A stretch of DNA of 64,000 nucleotides from an uncultured Candidatus Saccharibacteria bacterium (GTDB lineage: Bacteria; Patescibacteriota; Minisyncoccia; Phycocordibacterales; UBA9973). The DNA lies in assembly GCA_964634365.1 (NCBI GenBank), contig CAZWJU010000001.1, positions 21,858-85,857 on the forward strand, read 5' to 3'. Under the pieces are notes generated by a model, which was given only the letters and a program-made list of their open reading frames with translations, made no database searches and was not told the DNA's origin. Positions 56,638 through 64,000 of the stretch are shown here, in pieces; position 1 is the stretch's first letter; each line of letters begins with the position of its first letter. The position numbers were made by a program, and so were the translations under genes.

Positions 56638-58461
56638 ATGTGGATTTCAAAAGTAACAATAGAGAATTTTAGAAAAGCAACAGCCTTCATGCCTATAGAA
56701 GTAGAGCTTAATGATGGTCTTAATCTTTTAGTTGGCGAAAATAATGTAGGTAAAACTTGTGTAGCTGAAGCGCTCGCTCTTGCGCTGGGATATGGAAATT
56801 CAGATCGAAATGTTTTTTTAAAGGAACAGGATTTTAACGATCCAGCAAAACCCATCAAAATCAGCATAATGTTCGATGGACTATCGACTGATCAAGAAGC
56901 TGCTTTTTTACAAGCGCTTGTAATTGAAAAATATTCTGAATCTGAAGAAGAAAGTGGCACAGGAGAAGTTGTTAGGGCCAACTTCCAATTTCTGTTTGAA
57001 CTAAATAATAGAAAAATAAGCAATAGAGTGCTTTGCGGGGAAAATTTTGAGGTAAGTGCCCCTATGGACTTAATTGGCAACCTTAAGGTGACTTATTTGC
57101 CTGCATTACGCGATGCAAACCAAGAGTTTAAGCCCGGGTACAAAAGTAGAATTGGAAAAATATTGAAATCCCGCTTTGCGGGTGGTGATCAAGAGGTGAT
57201 AGAACAAATTTTCGAAAGAGCTAATATCGAAGCACTCGCACATCAAGGAACAGCAAATCCAGTTAGTGCGCTTGCAAAAAAGGCAAACACAAGCATTGAA
57301 AAACTTTCTTTATATGGCACCAACAACAAAATAAAAATGGAGTTTGTTGAACAGGAGTTCAATCGGATTATTGCAAATATATCAATGAAAACTGATGCTG
57401 GTTTAGACATAGAAACAAACGGACTTGGTTACAATAATTTAATATATATTGCAACAATAATCACGGAGCTTGAGCATGACCATAAAGAGGAGCCACACTC
57501 ATACAACTGCCTACTAATTGAGGAACCAGAAGCCCATCTGCATCCTCAGCTCCAAACATTACTACTTGATTTTGTTCAATCTAATTACCCAGAGATTCAA
57601 GTAATTCTAACTTCACACTCCCCTACACTAGTCGCAGAAACTGAATTTAAAAACTTAAGTGTCATGTCCACTACGCCAACTGGAGTAGTAAGTAGGCGTG
57701 TTGCTAACTCTTCAATATCTGGAGATCATGAAATATTTCTTCAACGCTTTCTTGATGTCACAAAATCTCAATTGTTTTTTGCTAGAAACATAATTTTTGT
57801 TGAGGGAATTACTGAAGCATTACTACTAAAGTTATTTTGGGATCTTTATTACACACTTGATGACGAGAAATTTTCTCGCCAAGGAATTGAGATCGTAAAT
57901 ATTAATGGTGTTGCTTTTAGTCCTTATGCAGGATTAGTAAAAGGAATTTTTGCAAAATCAAATATCAAATGTACAATCTTGACTGACGATGATCGAGGTA
58001 GCGGAATAGCATGTCCAGTAAATTCAAGATTCAAAGATGGTGACAGTATCAAAAATACTGAAGTAATTGAGACTATTTTTGCAAATAGTCCACTCTCGAG
58101 CAGGGCTAAAAAGCTTAGCGATGAGGTTAAGGAGATTCAAAATGAGGGTTTTAATAATTTATCGATTTTCTTGGCAAGAAAAACTTTTGAGGTTGAATTT
58201 GCCCTCGCTAACATTGAAAACAAAACAATGTTGGAAGACCTTGCTGGTATGACTAGAGGTTCTTTAGTTGGGATGAGTGAAATCGGTGCAGCAGTAGAGT
58301 TTTGGAAACAAATTGTCGAGAAAGATATTAAAACTGAAGTTAGTACTATGATTGCAAAGAAAATCCTCAATAAGGAAACGGTGTCATGCCCTCAGCACTT
58401 TATTAATGCATTTGAATTTATCAGACCAAAGAAAAAGCAATCTCAAAATGGAACTAACTGA
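56638..58461 (+). CDS. gajA: OLD-family ATPase/Toprim nuclease, Gabija GajA-like
   Basis: Start moved to MWISKVTIENFRK. N-terminal ABC-type ATPase (Walker A GENNVGKT, Walker B/D-loop LLIEEPEAHLHP). C-terminal Toprim (IIFVEGITE catalytic Glu, ILTDDDRGSG DxD). About 607 aa. Confidence 0.75.
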   Translation: MWISKVTIENFRKATAFMPIEVELNDGLNLLVGENNVGKTCVAEALALALGYGNSDRNVFLKEQDFNDPAKPIKISIMFDGLSTDQEAAFLQALVIEKYSESEEESGTGEVVRANFQFLFELNNRKISNRVLCGENFEVSAPMDLIGNLKVTYLPALRDANQEFKPGYKSRIGKILKSRFAGGDQEVIEQIFERANIEALAHQGTANPVSALAKKANTSIEKLSLYGTNNKIKMEFVEQEFNRIIANISMKTDAGLDIETNGLGYNNLIYIATIITELEHDHKEEPHSYNCLLIEEPEAHLHPQLQTLLLDFVQSNYPEIQVILTSHSPTLVAETEFKNLSVMSTTPTGVVSRRVANSSISGDHEIFLQRFLDVTKSQLFFARNIIFVEGITEALLLKLFWDLYYTLDDEKFSRQGIEIVNINGVAFSPYAGLVKGIFAKSNIKCTILTDDDRGSGIACPVNSRFKDGDSIKNTEVIETIFANSPLSSRAKKLSDEVKEIQNEGFNNLSIFLARKTFEVEFALANIENKTMLEDLAGMTRGSLVGMSEIGAAVEFWKQIVEKDIKTEVSTMIAKKILNKETVSCPQHFINAFEFIRPKKKQSQNGTN

Positions 58462-60160
58462 TAGACAAACAGAAGCCGTGCAACAGAATGGTTTATTTAC
58501 TCTCGCCGCTTGCCCAGGAAGTGGTAAGACTGTAGTTGTTGCCAGCCGAATAAAACGCCTTATTGATTCAGGTGATCTCCAGCCTTATCAAGGTGTTGCG
58601 GCAATCTCATTCACTAGAATTGCAAGAGACTCTATACAAGAAACCTTTAGGGATATGAATGGCCTACCCTCTAAACATCCACATTTTATAGGCACATTTG
58701 ATAGTTTTTTAAATCAATATGTTTTTTTACCTTTCTCACACCTAATCTCTAATAGCGGTAAACCTATGACAATTCTAGATGTCGAATCTACATGGTTGTC
58801 AGAAAAGATTTTTCCTATGCTTAAATCTGAAAAAATAATTGCGGAAAAAGTTTTTTACAAAGTTGATGGTTCATTTGGTTACACAGGAAGAGAATTACCT
58901 CAAGAAAAACTAGTGCTTATTAAAAAGAAAACGAAAGAATTAAATTTAGCAACACAGTCTGATGTAACTTATTATTCTTTAGAAATACTGAGAAATAACC
59001 CAAAGATACTACAAGCTCTTCTAACGAAGTTTCCTTACATCATTGTCGATGAGGCTCAAGATTGTTCAGATATACAGATGGAAATAGTTAACACACTTGT
59101 TACTGCGGGTCACTGTGAAATAATGCTCTCTGGAGATCCTTATCAGTCTATATACGAATGGAGGGACGCAAAACCTAGTCTTTTTATACAAAAAACAAAC
59201 GAAAAAGGATGGGCAAGTCTTTCCTTAAACCATAATCAAAGAAGTGGACAAGCTATATGTGATGTATTGAATAAGTTTGTAGAACCCAGCAATATAACTT
59301 CTGATCCTTCTCGTACGGAACTAGTTGATGCAGAGGTTGCTTTCATTGAATCTGCGGACCCTGTTTATATCCTAGAACGTTTTCTTGAACTAACTGAGGC
59401 TAAGGGAATATCCACTTCCCCAGAAAACATCGCAGTTTTATACAGAGCACACGGATCTGCAATGAATACTAAAACAACCATTGACTATGTTAATTCTTGG
59501 TGGGCTGGATCAATAGATAAAGTTGAAATGCTTGGAACAACGGTATTACCAGTTAAAATTGCTTATTTAATGAAAACTGGTAGCTACGCTGAAGCCTTTA
59601 AATTTTCTCAGCATTTTTTTTATTTTCAAATGCATAAAGAATTACTACGGAGTACCGACGAAAATAAGTTATTATTTGAAAATATTGAAGTAAAGAAAAT
59701 TTTATGGAAGTTTTGTCGTACCATACCATCACTTAAACAAGACTTAAACCAATGGATTGAAAAAACAAATTCTCTTATAGCTGCTACAGTTGAAGCTTTT
59801 TCGAACCTTGGTTTAAATATTGTTGGTAAGCAGGTTTCAATAAAAAAGAAACTTGGCTTTAACGAAAATCCAAATATCTGGGAAGTTCTCTCCGAACGTG
59901 GAATTGAAAGAGACGATATTTTGATTGAGAATATTCATCAAATTAAAGGAAGATCTTTTGACGCTGCTTTAATTTATGTAGAGTCATCAGCTAAAAAAGC
60001 TATGTCAGCGCAAAAAATAAAAAACATACTTGCTTCGAAAGAAATGTTTGATACAGTAACAGCTGAAGACGGGAGATGTTTTTATGTAGCTGCCTCAAGA
60101 GCAAAAAGACTTCTTTGTATTGCTACTACAGATAAAGAGCTGATTCAAGCTCTCCTATAG
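58448..60160 (+). CDS. gajB: UvrD/PcrA-like SF1 helicase, Gabija GajB-like
   Basis: Start at MELTDRQTEAV, overlapping the gajA stop by 14 nt (atggaactaactga). Walker A AACPGSGKT, motif II IIVDEAQD, motif VI YVAASRAKRLL. About 570 aa. Confidence 0.75.
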   Translation: MELTDRQTEAVQQNGLFTLAACPGSGKTVVVASRIKRLIDSGDLQPYQGVAAISFTRIARDSIQETFRDMNGLPSKHPHFIGTFDSFLNQYVFLPFSHLISNSGKPMTILDVESTWLSEKIFPMLKSEKIIAEKVFYKVDGSFGYTGRELPQEKLVLIKKKTKELNLATQSDVTYYSLEILRNNPKILQALLTKFPYIIVDEAQDCSDIQMEIVNTLVTAGHCEIMLSGDPYQSIYEWRDAKPSLFIQKTNEKGWASLSLNHNQRSGQAICDVLNKFVEPSNITSDPSRTELVDAEVAFIESADPVYILERFLELTEAKGISTSPENIAVLYRAHGSAMNTKTTIDYVNSWWAGSIDKVEMLGTTVLPVKIAYLMKTGSYAEAFKFSQHFFYFQMHKELLRSTDENKLLFENIEVKKILWKFCRTIPSLKQDLNQWIEKTNSLIAATVEAFSNLGLNIVGKQVSIKKKLGFNENPNIWEVLSERGIERDDILIENIHQIKGRSFDAALIYVESSAKKAMSAQKIKNILASKEMFDTVTAEDGRCFYVAASRAKRLLCIATTDKELIQALL

Positions 60161-61531
60161 CTTTAAATTAACTTTTTTATTAATCAATACAATTTCACTT
60201 TTTAAACACATCATAAATTTCCGTTTTTCTTCGATAGACCCCTCAATCAAAATAAACTTTGCGTAATTCCGTATATCAATATCTTTCACTGTTATTGTTG
60301 TCTTAGTTCCTAACAGCATTTGTTCAAATTTCTTGAATCTTTGCACTTCGGCTGTGATCTTCTCTTTCATTGGTAGAGTTTTAATTTCTAAATCATCAAC
60401 AAGTTCTTGTAATTGAGATATCAGGTCTTCTTCGTTGATGAATCCGCAAGGACAGTCCTGGTCTCTTGTCCTTGTGCATTTGTAGTAGACATAGCGGTTC
60501 ACATTACCGTTCTTCTGGTGCTTAAATTTCTCGTCTGCTGTGATTCCTGAACCACACAAACCACAGGTCATAATCTTGGTGAAAGCAAATTCTTTCTGTT
60601 CTGACCTTGGTGTTAAGGTTTGGTTTTTTATTTGTATTTGCACTGCATCATACAAATCTTTGGTGATAATCGGTTCATGAGATCCGTTGTACCAATTGCC
60701 AGATCCAATAGGATATTCAAACTTTCCATAATAAAAGGTGTTGGCAAGTATCTTGTATATATTCCCAAGGCTAAGATGCATATTTGTTTCCGTTCTGAAA
60801 TTAATCTCTTCTTTCAACCATAAAAATAACTTTCTTCCACTCCAACCATCATATCCAACTTTTTCAAACATTTGTTTTATGATCGGTGCACGCTCTTTAT
60901 CTATTACTGATTCACATTTCTGATCTATTCTTTTGAACTTTGTATATCCAGTTGGTGGTCTACATGGCCACAGTCCCATTTCCACTCTAGCCCTTAGTCC
61001 TCGCTTCACATTGATACTCTTGTTGTCATTCTCGAGCTTGGCTTGAGAACATAGGATCATTAAAAGAAATTTTTCATTCGGTGAGTTTGAAAACGTCTGT
61101 CCGTATGTCTGTATATGAATCAATTTTTTCTGATCCATAAGATCAACTAAAGAACCAAGGTCTCCTGCATTTCTTGAAAGTCTATCAGGTGCCCAAGTCA
61201 GGATTCCGTTATATATACCTTTTGCAATTTCTCCGAGCAACTCCTTAAATACAGGTCTTTGTCCTGATTCCTTTGCTGAATGTGATTCTCGTTTTATATC
61301 TACCATATTAAGCTTTAAACGTTCTGCAATAGCAGTCATTTCGTTAATCTGTGAATCTATAGACAAAGCCTGTTGCTCATCAGATTCGGTTGATTTTCGA
61401 GCATATAGACAGTACCTAATCCTTGTTTCCGTTATTGATATATTGTTTGCGATTTTTCCTATAGCATTCGTCTCCATATACATATTAATGACGCAGAAAG
61501 GGTCTTTTGCTAAGGCCTCGCTTGTTGGCAA
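60155..61531 (-). CDS. large serine recombinase (resolvase catalytic domain + recombinase domain + zinc ribbon)
   Basis: 458 aa. YARKSTESDEQQALSIDSQ catalytic Ser region. RLSRN... recombinase domain. C-terminal CxxC...C ribbon. The true start may be the internal MYMETN at 61477. Its 3' end abuts the gajB stop convergently (cta/tag). Confidence 0.8.
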   Translation of the reverse strand: MPTSEALAKDPFCVINMYMETNAIGKIANNISITETRIRYCLYARKSTESDEQQALSIDSQINEMTAIAERLKLNMVDIKRESHSAKESGQRPVFKELLGEIAKGIYNGILTWAPDRLSRNAGDLGSLVDLMDQKKLIHIQTYGQTFSNSPNEKFLLMILCSQAKLENDNKSINVKRGLRARVEMGLWPCRPPTGYTKFKRIDQKCESVIDKERAPIIKQMFEKVGYDGWSGRKLFLWLKEEINFRTETNMHLSLGNIYKILANTFYYGKFEYPIGSGNWYNGSHEPIITKDLYDAVQIQIKNQTLTPRSEQKEFAFTKIMTCGLCGSGITADEKFKHQKNGNVNRYVYYKCTRTRDQDCPCGFINEEDLISQLQELVDDLEIKTLPMKEKITAEVQRFKKFEQMLLGTKTTITVKDIDIRNYAKFILIEGSIEEKRKFMMCLKSEIVLINKKVNLKL

Positions 61532-61830
61532 CTTGTTGGTAACTTCCTCTGTGATTTTGAGGGTCTGCGATATGATCGTCTGGAATAATAGCGGTTGAAA
61601 TGCTATTATTTATTTACAAGTTAATAGCAAGTAGTAGCCTAAACCATTGGTAATTCCTATCAATGGCATGGCGAAAAGTCCTTGGAAGATAAAGAACCCA
61701 TCATGTGGGGTTTGTCTTCCAAGGCCGTATCGGGAAACTGGTACGGAGGGTTAAAACCCTCGACCATGTGGTGGGCTTTTTGTATACAATTTAGTCCATC
61801 CAAAAATTATTAATACTAAATAAAATAAAT

Positions 61831-62478
61831 ATGGATGAAAAAAATAGTACTCCAGAGAAAATAAAAACATTTAATTTGAGAAACTTCTCTGTTTGGTTTT
61901 TGGGTATAGTTTTGCTTTTTGCAGGAATTGGAATGATGAGCGAAAGCATCTTTGCTGGAATTTTAGCAATAATCTCGGCTCTCATAGTATTACCTCCAAC
62001 AGTAAAGATTATGAAGGATAAATTTAAATTTCAGATATCCAGAAATCTTACTGCTATTATTATCATTGTTTTGATCGGTATTGCTACATCTATAAATTCA
62101 AGTGTTGAGAAAAATACTATAACAGATACAACCTCTGATACATCTATTCAGACAACTGAGCAATCTGAAACAACACAGGGTAATAAACCTGTTTCCTCAG
62201 AAAAAACATATCAAGAAGTATTCTCTTTTAGTGGATCAGGAGCAAAGAAGTCTGAACCATTTACCATAACTGGTAGCAGATTTAAGATTGCATATGATTG
62301 CAATGGAAGTCTTTGCCAAGCATTTCTGTATAAAGTTGGAAGCGATATAATGTCAGATCTAATAATAAATAGCAGTGGTCCAGTGAAAGACGAAACAATA
62401 ACTTACGGAAGTGGTGAATACTATATTCAGTCAAACACAGTTGGTACGTATACTATGACTGTTTATGATTACAAATAG
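61831..62478 (+). CDS. hypothetical membrane protein with Thr-rich extracellular region
   Basis: 215 aa, 3 TM helices, Thr/Ser-rich linker, Cys-containing C-terminal domain. Confidence 0.35.
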   Translation: MDEKNSTPEKIKTFNLRNFSVWFLGIVLLFAGIGMMSESIFAGILAIISALIVLPPTVKIMKDKFKFQISRNLTAIIIIVLIGIATSINSSVEKNTITDTTSDTSIQTTEQSETTQGNKPVSSEKTYQEVFSFSGSGAKKSEPFTITGSRFKIAYDCNGSLCQAFLYKVGSDIMSDLIINSSGPVKDETITYGSGEYYIQSNTVGTYTMTVYDYK

Positions 62479-62888
62479 CCCTTCTTTCTTTTCTCCTCCT
62501 CCTCTTCTTCCTCATCGGCTGTCTCTTTTGCTAGATCCAAAAGAGACAGTTTTTCTCCATTGTTATATGAAGCAGGTTTATCAACCTTAAATTTAGGGTG
62601 TCTTCTTTTCATGTAACAGTTCATTGCTTGCCAATGTCTCTCATTTATTAAAGACATTAATTTTGATTCGACGAGATCATCAAAGAATTTATCACCCTCT
62701 TCGATTGCGTCTTCAACATCATTGTTAAATTTTATATCTTCTTTCATCCATCTATAAACAGTGGATCGAGCTATTCCCATTTTCTCGCATACCAGTTGTA
62801 TGATAGGTGCTTGCTTTAGGTGTTCCAGAAACTCTAACTTTGTCTTTTTAATTCTCGCCTGACTATTAGGCCTTGGTGATTTTTTCAT
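62469..62888 (-). CDS. phage terminase small subunit-like HTH DNA-binding protein
   Basis: 139 aa. N-terminal HTH (QLVCEKMGIARSTVYRWMKED). Acidic C-terminal tail (EEEEEEEKRKK). Resembles TerS / phage transcriptional regulators. Confidence 0.45.
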   Translation of the reverse strand: MKKSPRPNSQARIKKTKLEFLEHLKQAPIIQLVCEKMGIARSTVYRWMKEDIKFNNDVEDAIEEGDKFFDDLVESKLMSLINERHWQAMNCYMKRRHPKFKVDKPASYNNGEKLSLLDLAKETADEEEEEEEKRKKGYL

Positions 62889-64000
62889 TGGAAATTTTCT
62901 TAAATCTATTAATTATTAACTGACAGAAGATCGGTTCTTTTTCACACATATATGCTGTTCTGCTCAGTTGTTCACATGCGATCATAATGCTCCCTGATCC
63001 TGCTGTAAGGTCTAGTACAACATCTCCAGCCTTGCTACATCTCTTAAGAGCCTTTTCGTGTAGCAGAGGACTCTTTTGTGTTGGATGTTCATATTCACTA
63101 CTTGGAAGCCGTTTAACTGTCCATATGTTCAGATAATCATTAATTTCGTCAATAAGATTATTGCCGTTAGTCATCTCTTTGTTCATAATCTCATTAAGGT
63201 TATTTACATCCTTCGCTAAGTATGGAGAACCAATGGTTCCGTACACACAAAACTCTGTTGCTTTATTAAAAGCAGTTTGAGGTGTCGGTGATGCGTTATT
63301 TTTGAGCCATATACAAAGTCTCTTTGAATCTATATTGAGTTCTTTGTATAAAGTTTGAAACAGCCACACATATCGCTCATCAGTCCAATAGAATACATGG
63401 CAATTCTTTTTCGCTACTGAAATAGCGTTTTTCATCATCTTTCTTATGAATTCCGCGTACTCAGTATCAGACTTATTGTCGTCAGTTGTTCCTCCATAAT
63501 TCTTTTTACTTTTCTTCCCACCTACACCTTTGTTGTAACTTAAGTTTATGTTGAAAGGTGGATCTTGATTTATCATATCTACCAAGACTCCATTCGTAAG
63601 TTTCTTAACTGTGTTTGGATCCGTCGCGTCACCACATACCAATCTATGTCTTCCTAATTGGAACACATCACCAACTTTAATGTCGGTTTTCTTTATCTTC
63701 TGTAATTCTTTTTCTTCATCCCAAGAATCTCCAACAACTTCATCTTTCTTATCGAATATGTTTGATAGTTCAAAACTATCGAAACCTGACTTTAGTAATA
63801 TATCTACATCGAAATTATCATGAAGTATATCCCAATCCCAATCTCCGTGAATTGCATTCGAGGAGAGGAGGTACTGATCATACTCTTGCTTCGTTAGTTT
63901 TCTATTTGGAACTCTAACTTCAATCTCTTCTTCGCCTCGATTAAGTAATTTAAGAACCATCAATCTCTGATGACCAGCGATCACCTTATTGTCAGTGTCC
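62866..64000 (-). CDS. ParB-like nuclease domain fused to N6-adenine DNA methyltransferase (partial, N-terminus beyond window)
   Basis: ParB-box-like VIAGHQRLMVLK at the N-terminal end of the visible frame (GTG at 63984, with the frame still open to the window edge). DPPF motif IV (INQDPPFN). C-terminal SAM motif I (VLDLTAGSGS), i.e. beta-class N6A/N4C MTase order. Confidence 0.65.
   Translation of the reverse strand, partial: DTDNKVIAGHQRLMVLKLLNRGEEEIEVRVPNRKLTKQEYDQYLLSSNAIHGDWDWDILHDNFDVDILLKSGFDSFELSNIFDKKDEVVGDSWDEEKELQKIKKTDIKVGDVFQLGRHRLVCGDATDPNTVKKLTNGVLVDMINQDPPFNINLSYNKGVGGKKSKKNYGGTTDDNKSDTEYAEFIRKMMKNAISVAKKNCHVFYWTDERYVWLFQTLYKELNIDSKRLCIWLKNNASPTPQTAFNKATEFCVYGTIGSPYLAKDVNNLNEIMNKEMTNGNNLIDEINDYLNIWTVKRLPSSEYEHPTQKSPLLHEKALKRCSKAGDVVLDLTAGSGSIMIACEQLSRTAYMCEKEPIFCQLIINRFKKISNEKITKA

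Larger units (their letters stand above)
56486..64000. mobile_element. tRNA-Glu-adjacent integrative/prophage-like island (partial, runs off the window) carrying a Gabija-like defence pair, a large serine recombinase, a terminase-small-subunit-like gene and a ParB-methyltransferase
   Basis: Gene content (recombinase, TerS-like HTH, ParB-MTase fusion, defence genes) and its position immediately 3' of a tRNA. The right boundary was not observed. Confidence 0.5.

Noticed and set aside
56486-61700. Search for a direct repeat of the tRNA-Glu 3' end marking the island boundary inside the window
   Set aside because: No copy of ggttcgattccgcgtagggtcacca was found downstream within the window. The boundary is presumably beyond 64000 or uses a serine-recombinase att site instead.

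Overview
This 64-kb window looks chromosomal, from a low-GC bacterium. Most tRNA genes lack an encoded CCA, IF-2 is short (502 aa), and small hypothetical proteins are frequent, which fits a reduced-genome, CPR/Patescibacteria-like organism (inference only). Most of the window is housekeeping: infB, cysteine desulfurase, clpB, rpmG, an FAD oxidoreductase, miaA, parB, a RelA/SpoT-family enzyme, topA, dprA, serS, an ftsQ-like gene, dus, an AsnA-like ligase, dnaX, an ABC-F ATPase, rdgB, a CAAX-type membrane protease, a DedA-family protein, a PBP2-like gene, greA, lysS and a truncated dcw cluster (mraZ-rsmH-ftsL-ftsI). Five tRNA genes are present (Tyr, Trp, Leu, Gln, Glu). Four things stand out. 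(1) A recurring miniature non-coding insertion (130-190 bp, terminal hairpin GGTCACGAG...CTCGTGACC) sits at the 3' ends of tRNA-Tyr, tRNA-Trp and tRNA-Gln, each time with a 19-21-nt duplication of the tRNA beginning at the same T-loop position; a fourth, diverged copy lies next to topA. (2) The tRNA-Leu locus is complex: 2 x 115-bp tandem tRNA-acceptor-like repeats, a 5' tRNA fragment interrupted by a palindrome, a GIY-YIG ORF with an in-frame TAG, then the intact tRNA. At tRNA-Gln a second tRNA-Gln-like gene is split into halves that flank the intact gene. (3) A roughly 14-kb cell-surface cluster (33.2-47.6 kb) encodes an acidic 847-aa protein, a 1345-aa protein with an internal roughly 490-aa duplication, two 360-aa paralogs sharing a WxL-like C-terminal module, a DUF916/CscA-like anchor protein, and adjacent dockerin-like and cohesin-like proteins. 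(4) A mobile/defence island follows tRNA-Glu (56.4 kb to the window end): a Gabija-like pair (OLD-family ATPase/Toprim nuclease GajA plus UvrD-like helicase GajB, 14-nt overlap), a large serine recombinase, a terminase-small-subunit-like HTH protein and a ParB-nuclease/N6-adenine methyltransferase fusion truncated at the window edge. Other items: a promoter/terminator-bounded roughly 245-nt candidate sRNA (11.5 kb), MraZ operator-like GTGGG repeats upstream of mraZ, and a GC-rich anomalous ORF at 6.5-7.0 kb. No CRISPR array, rRNA or transposase was found.
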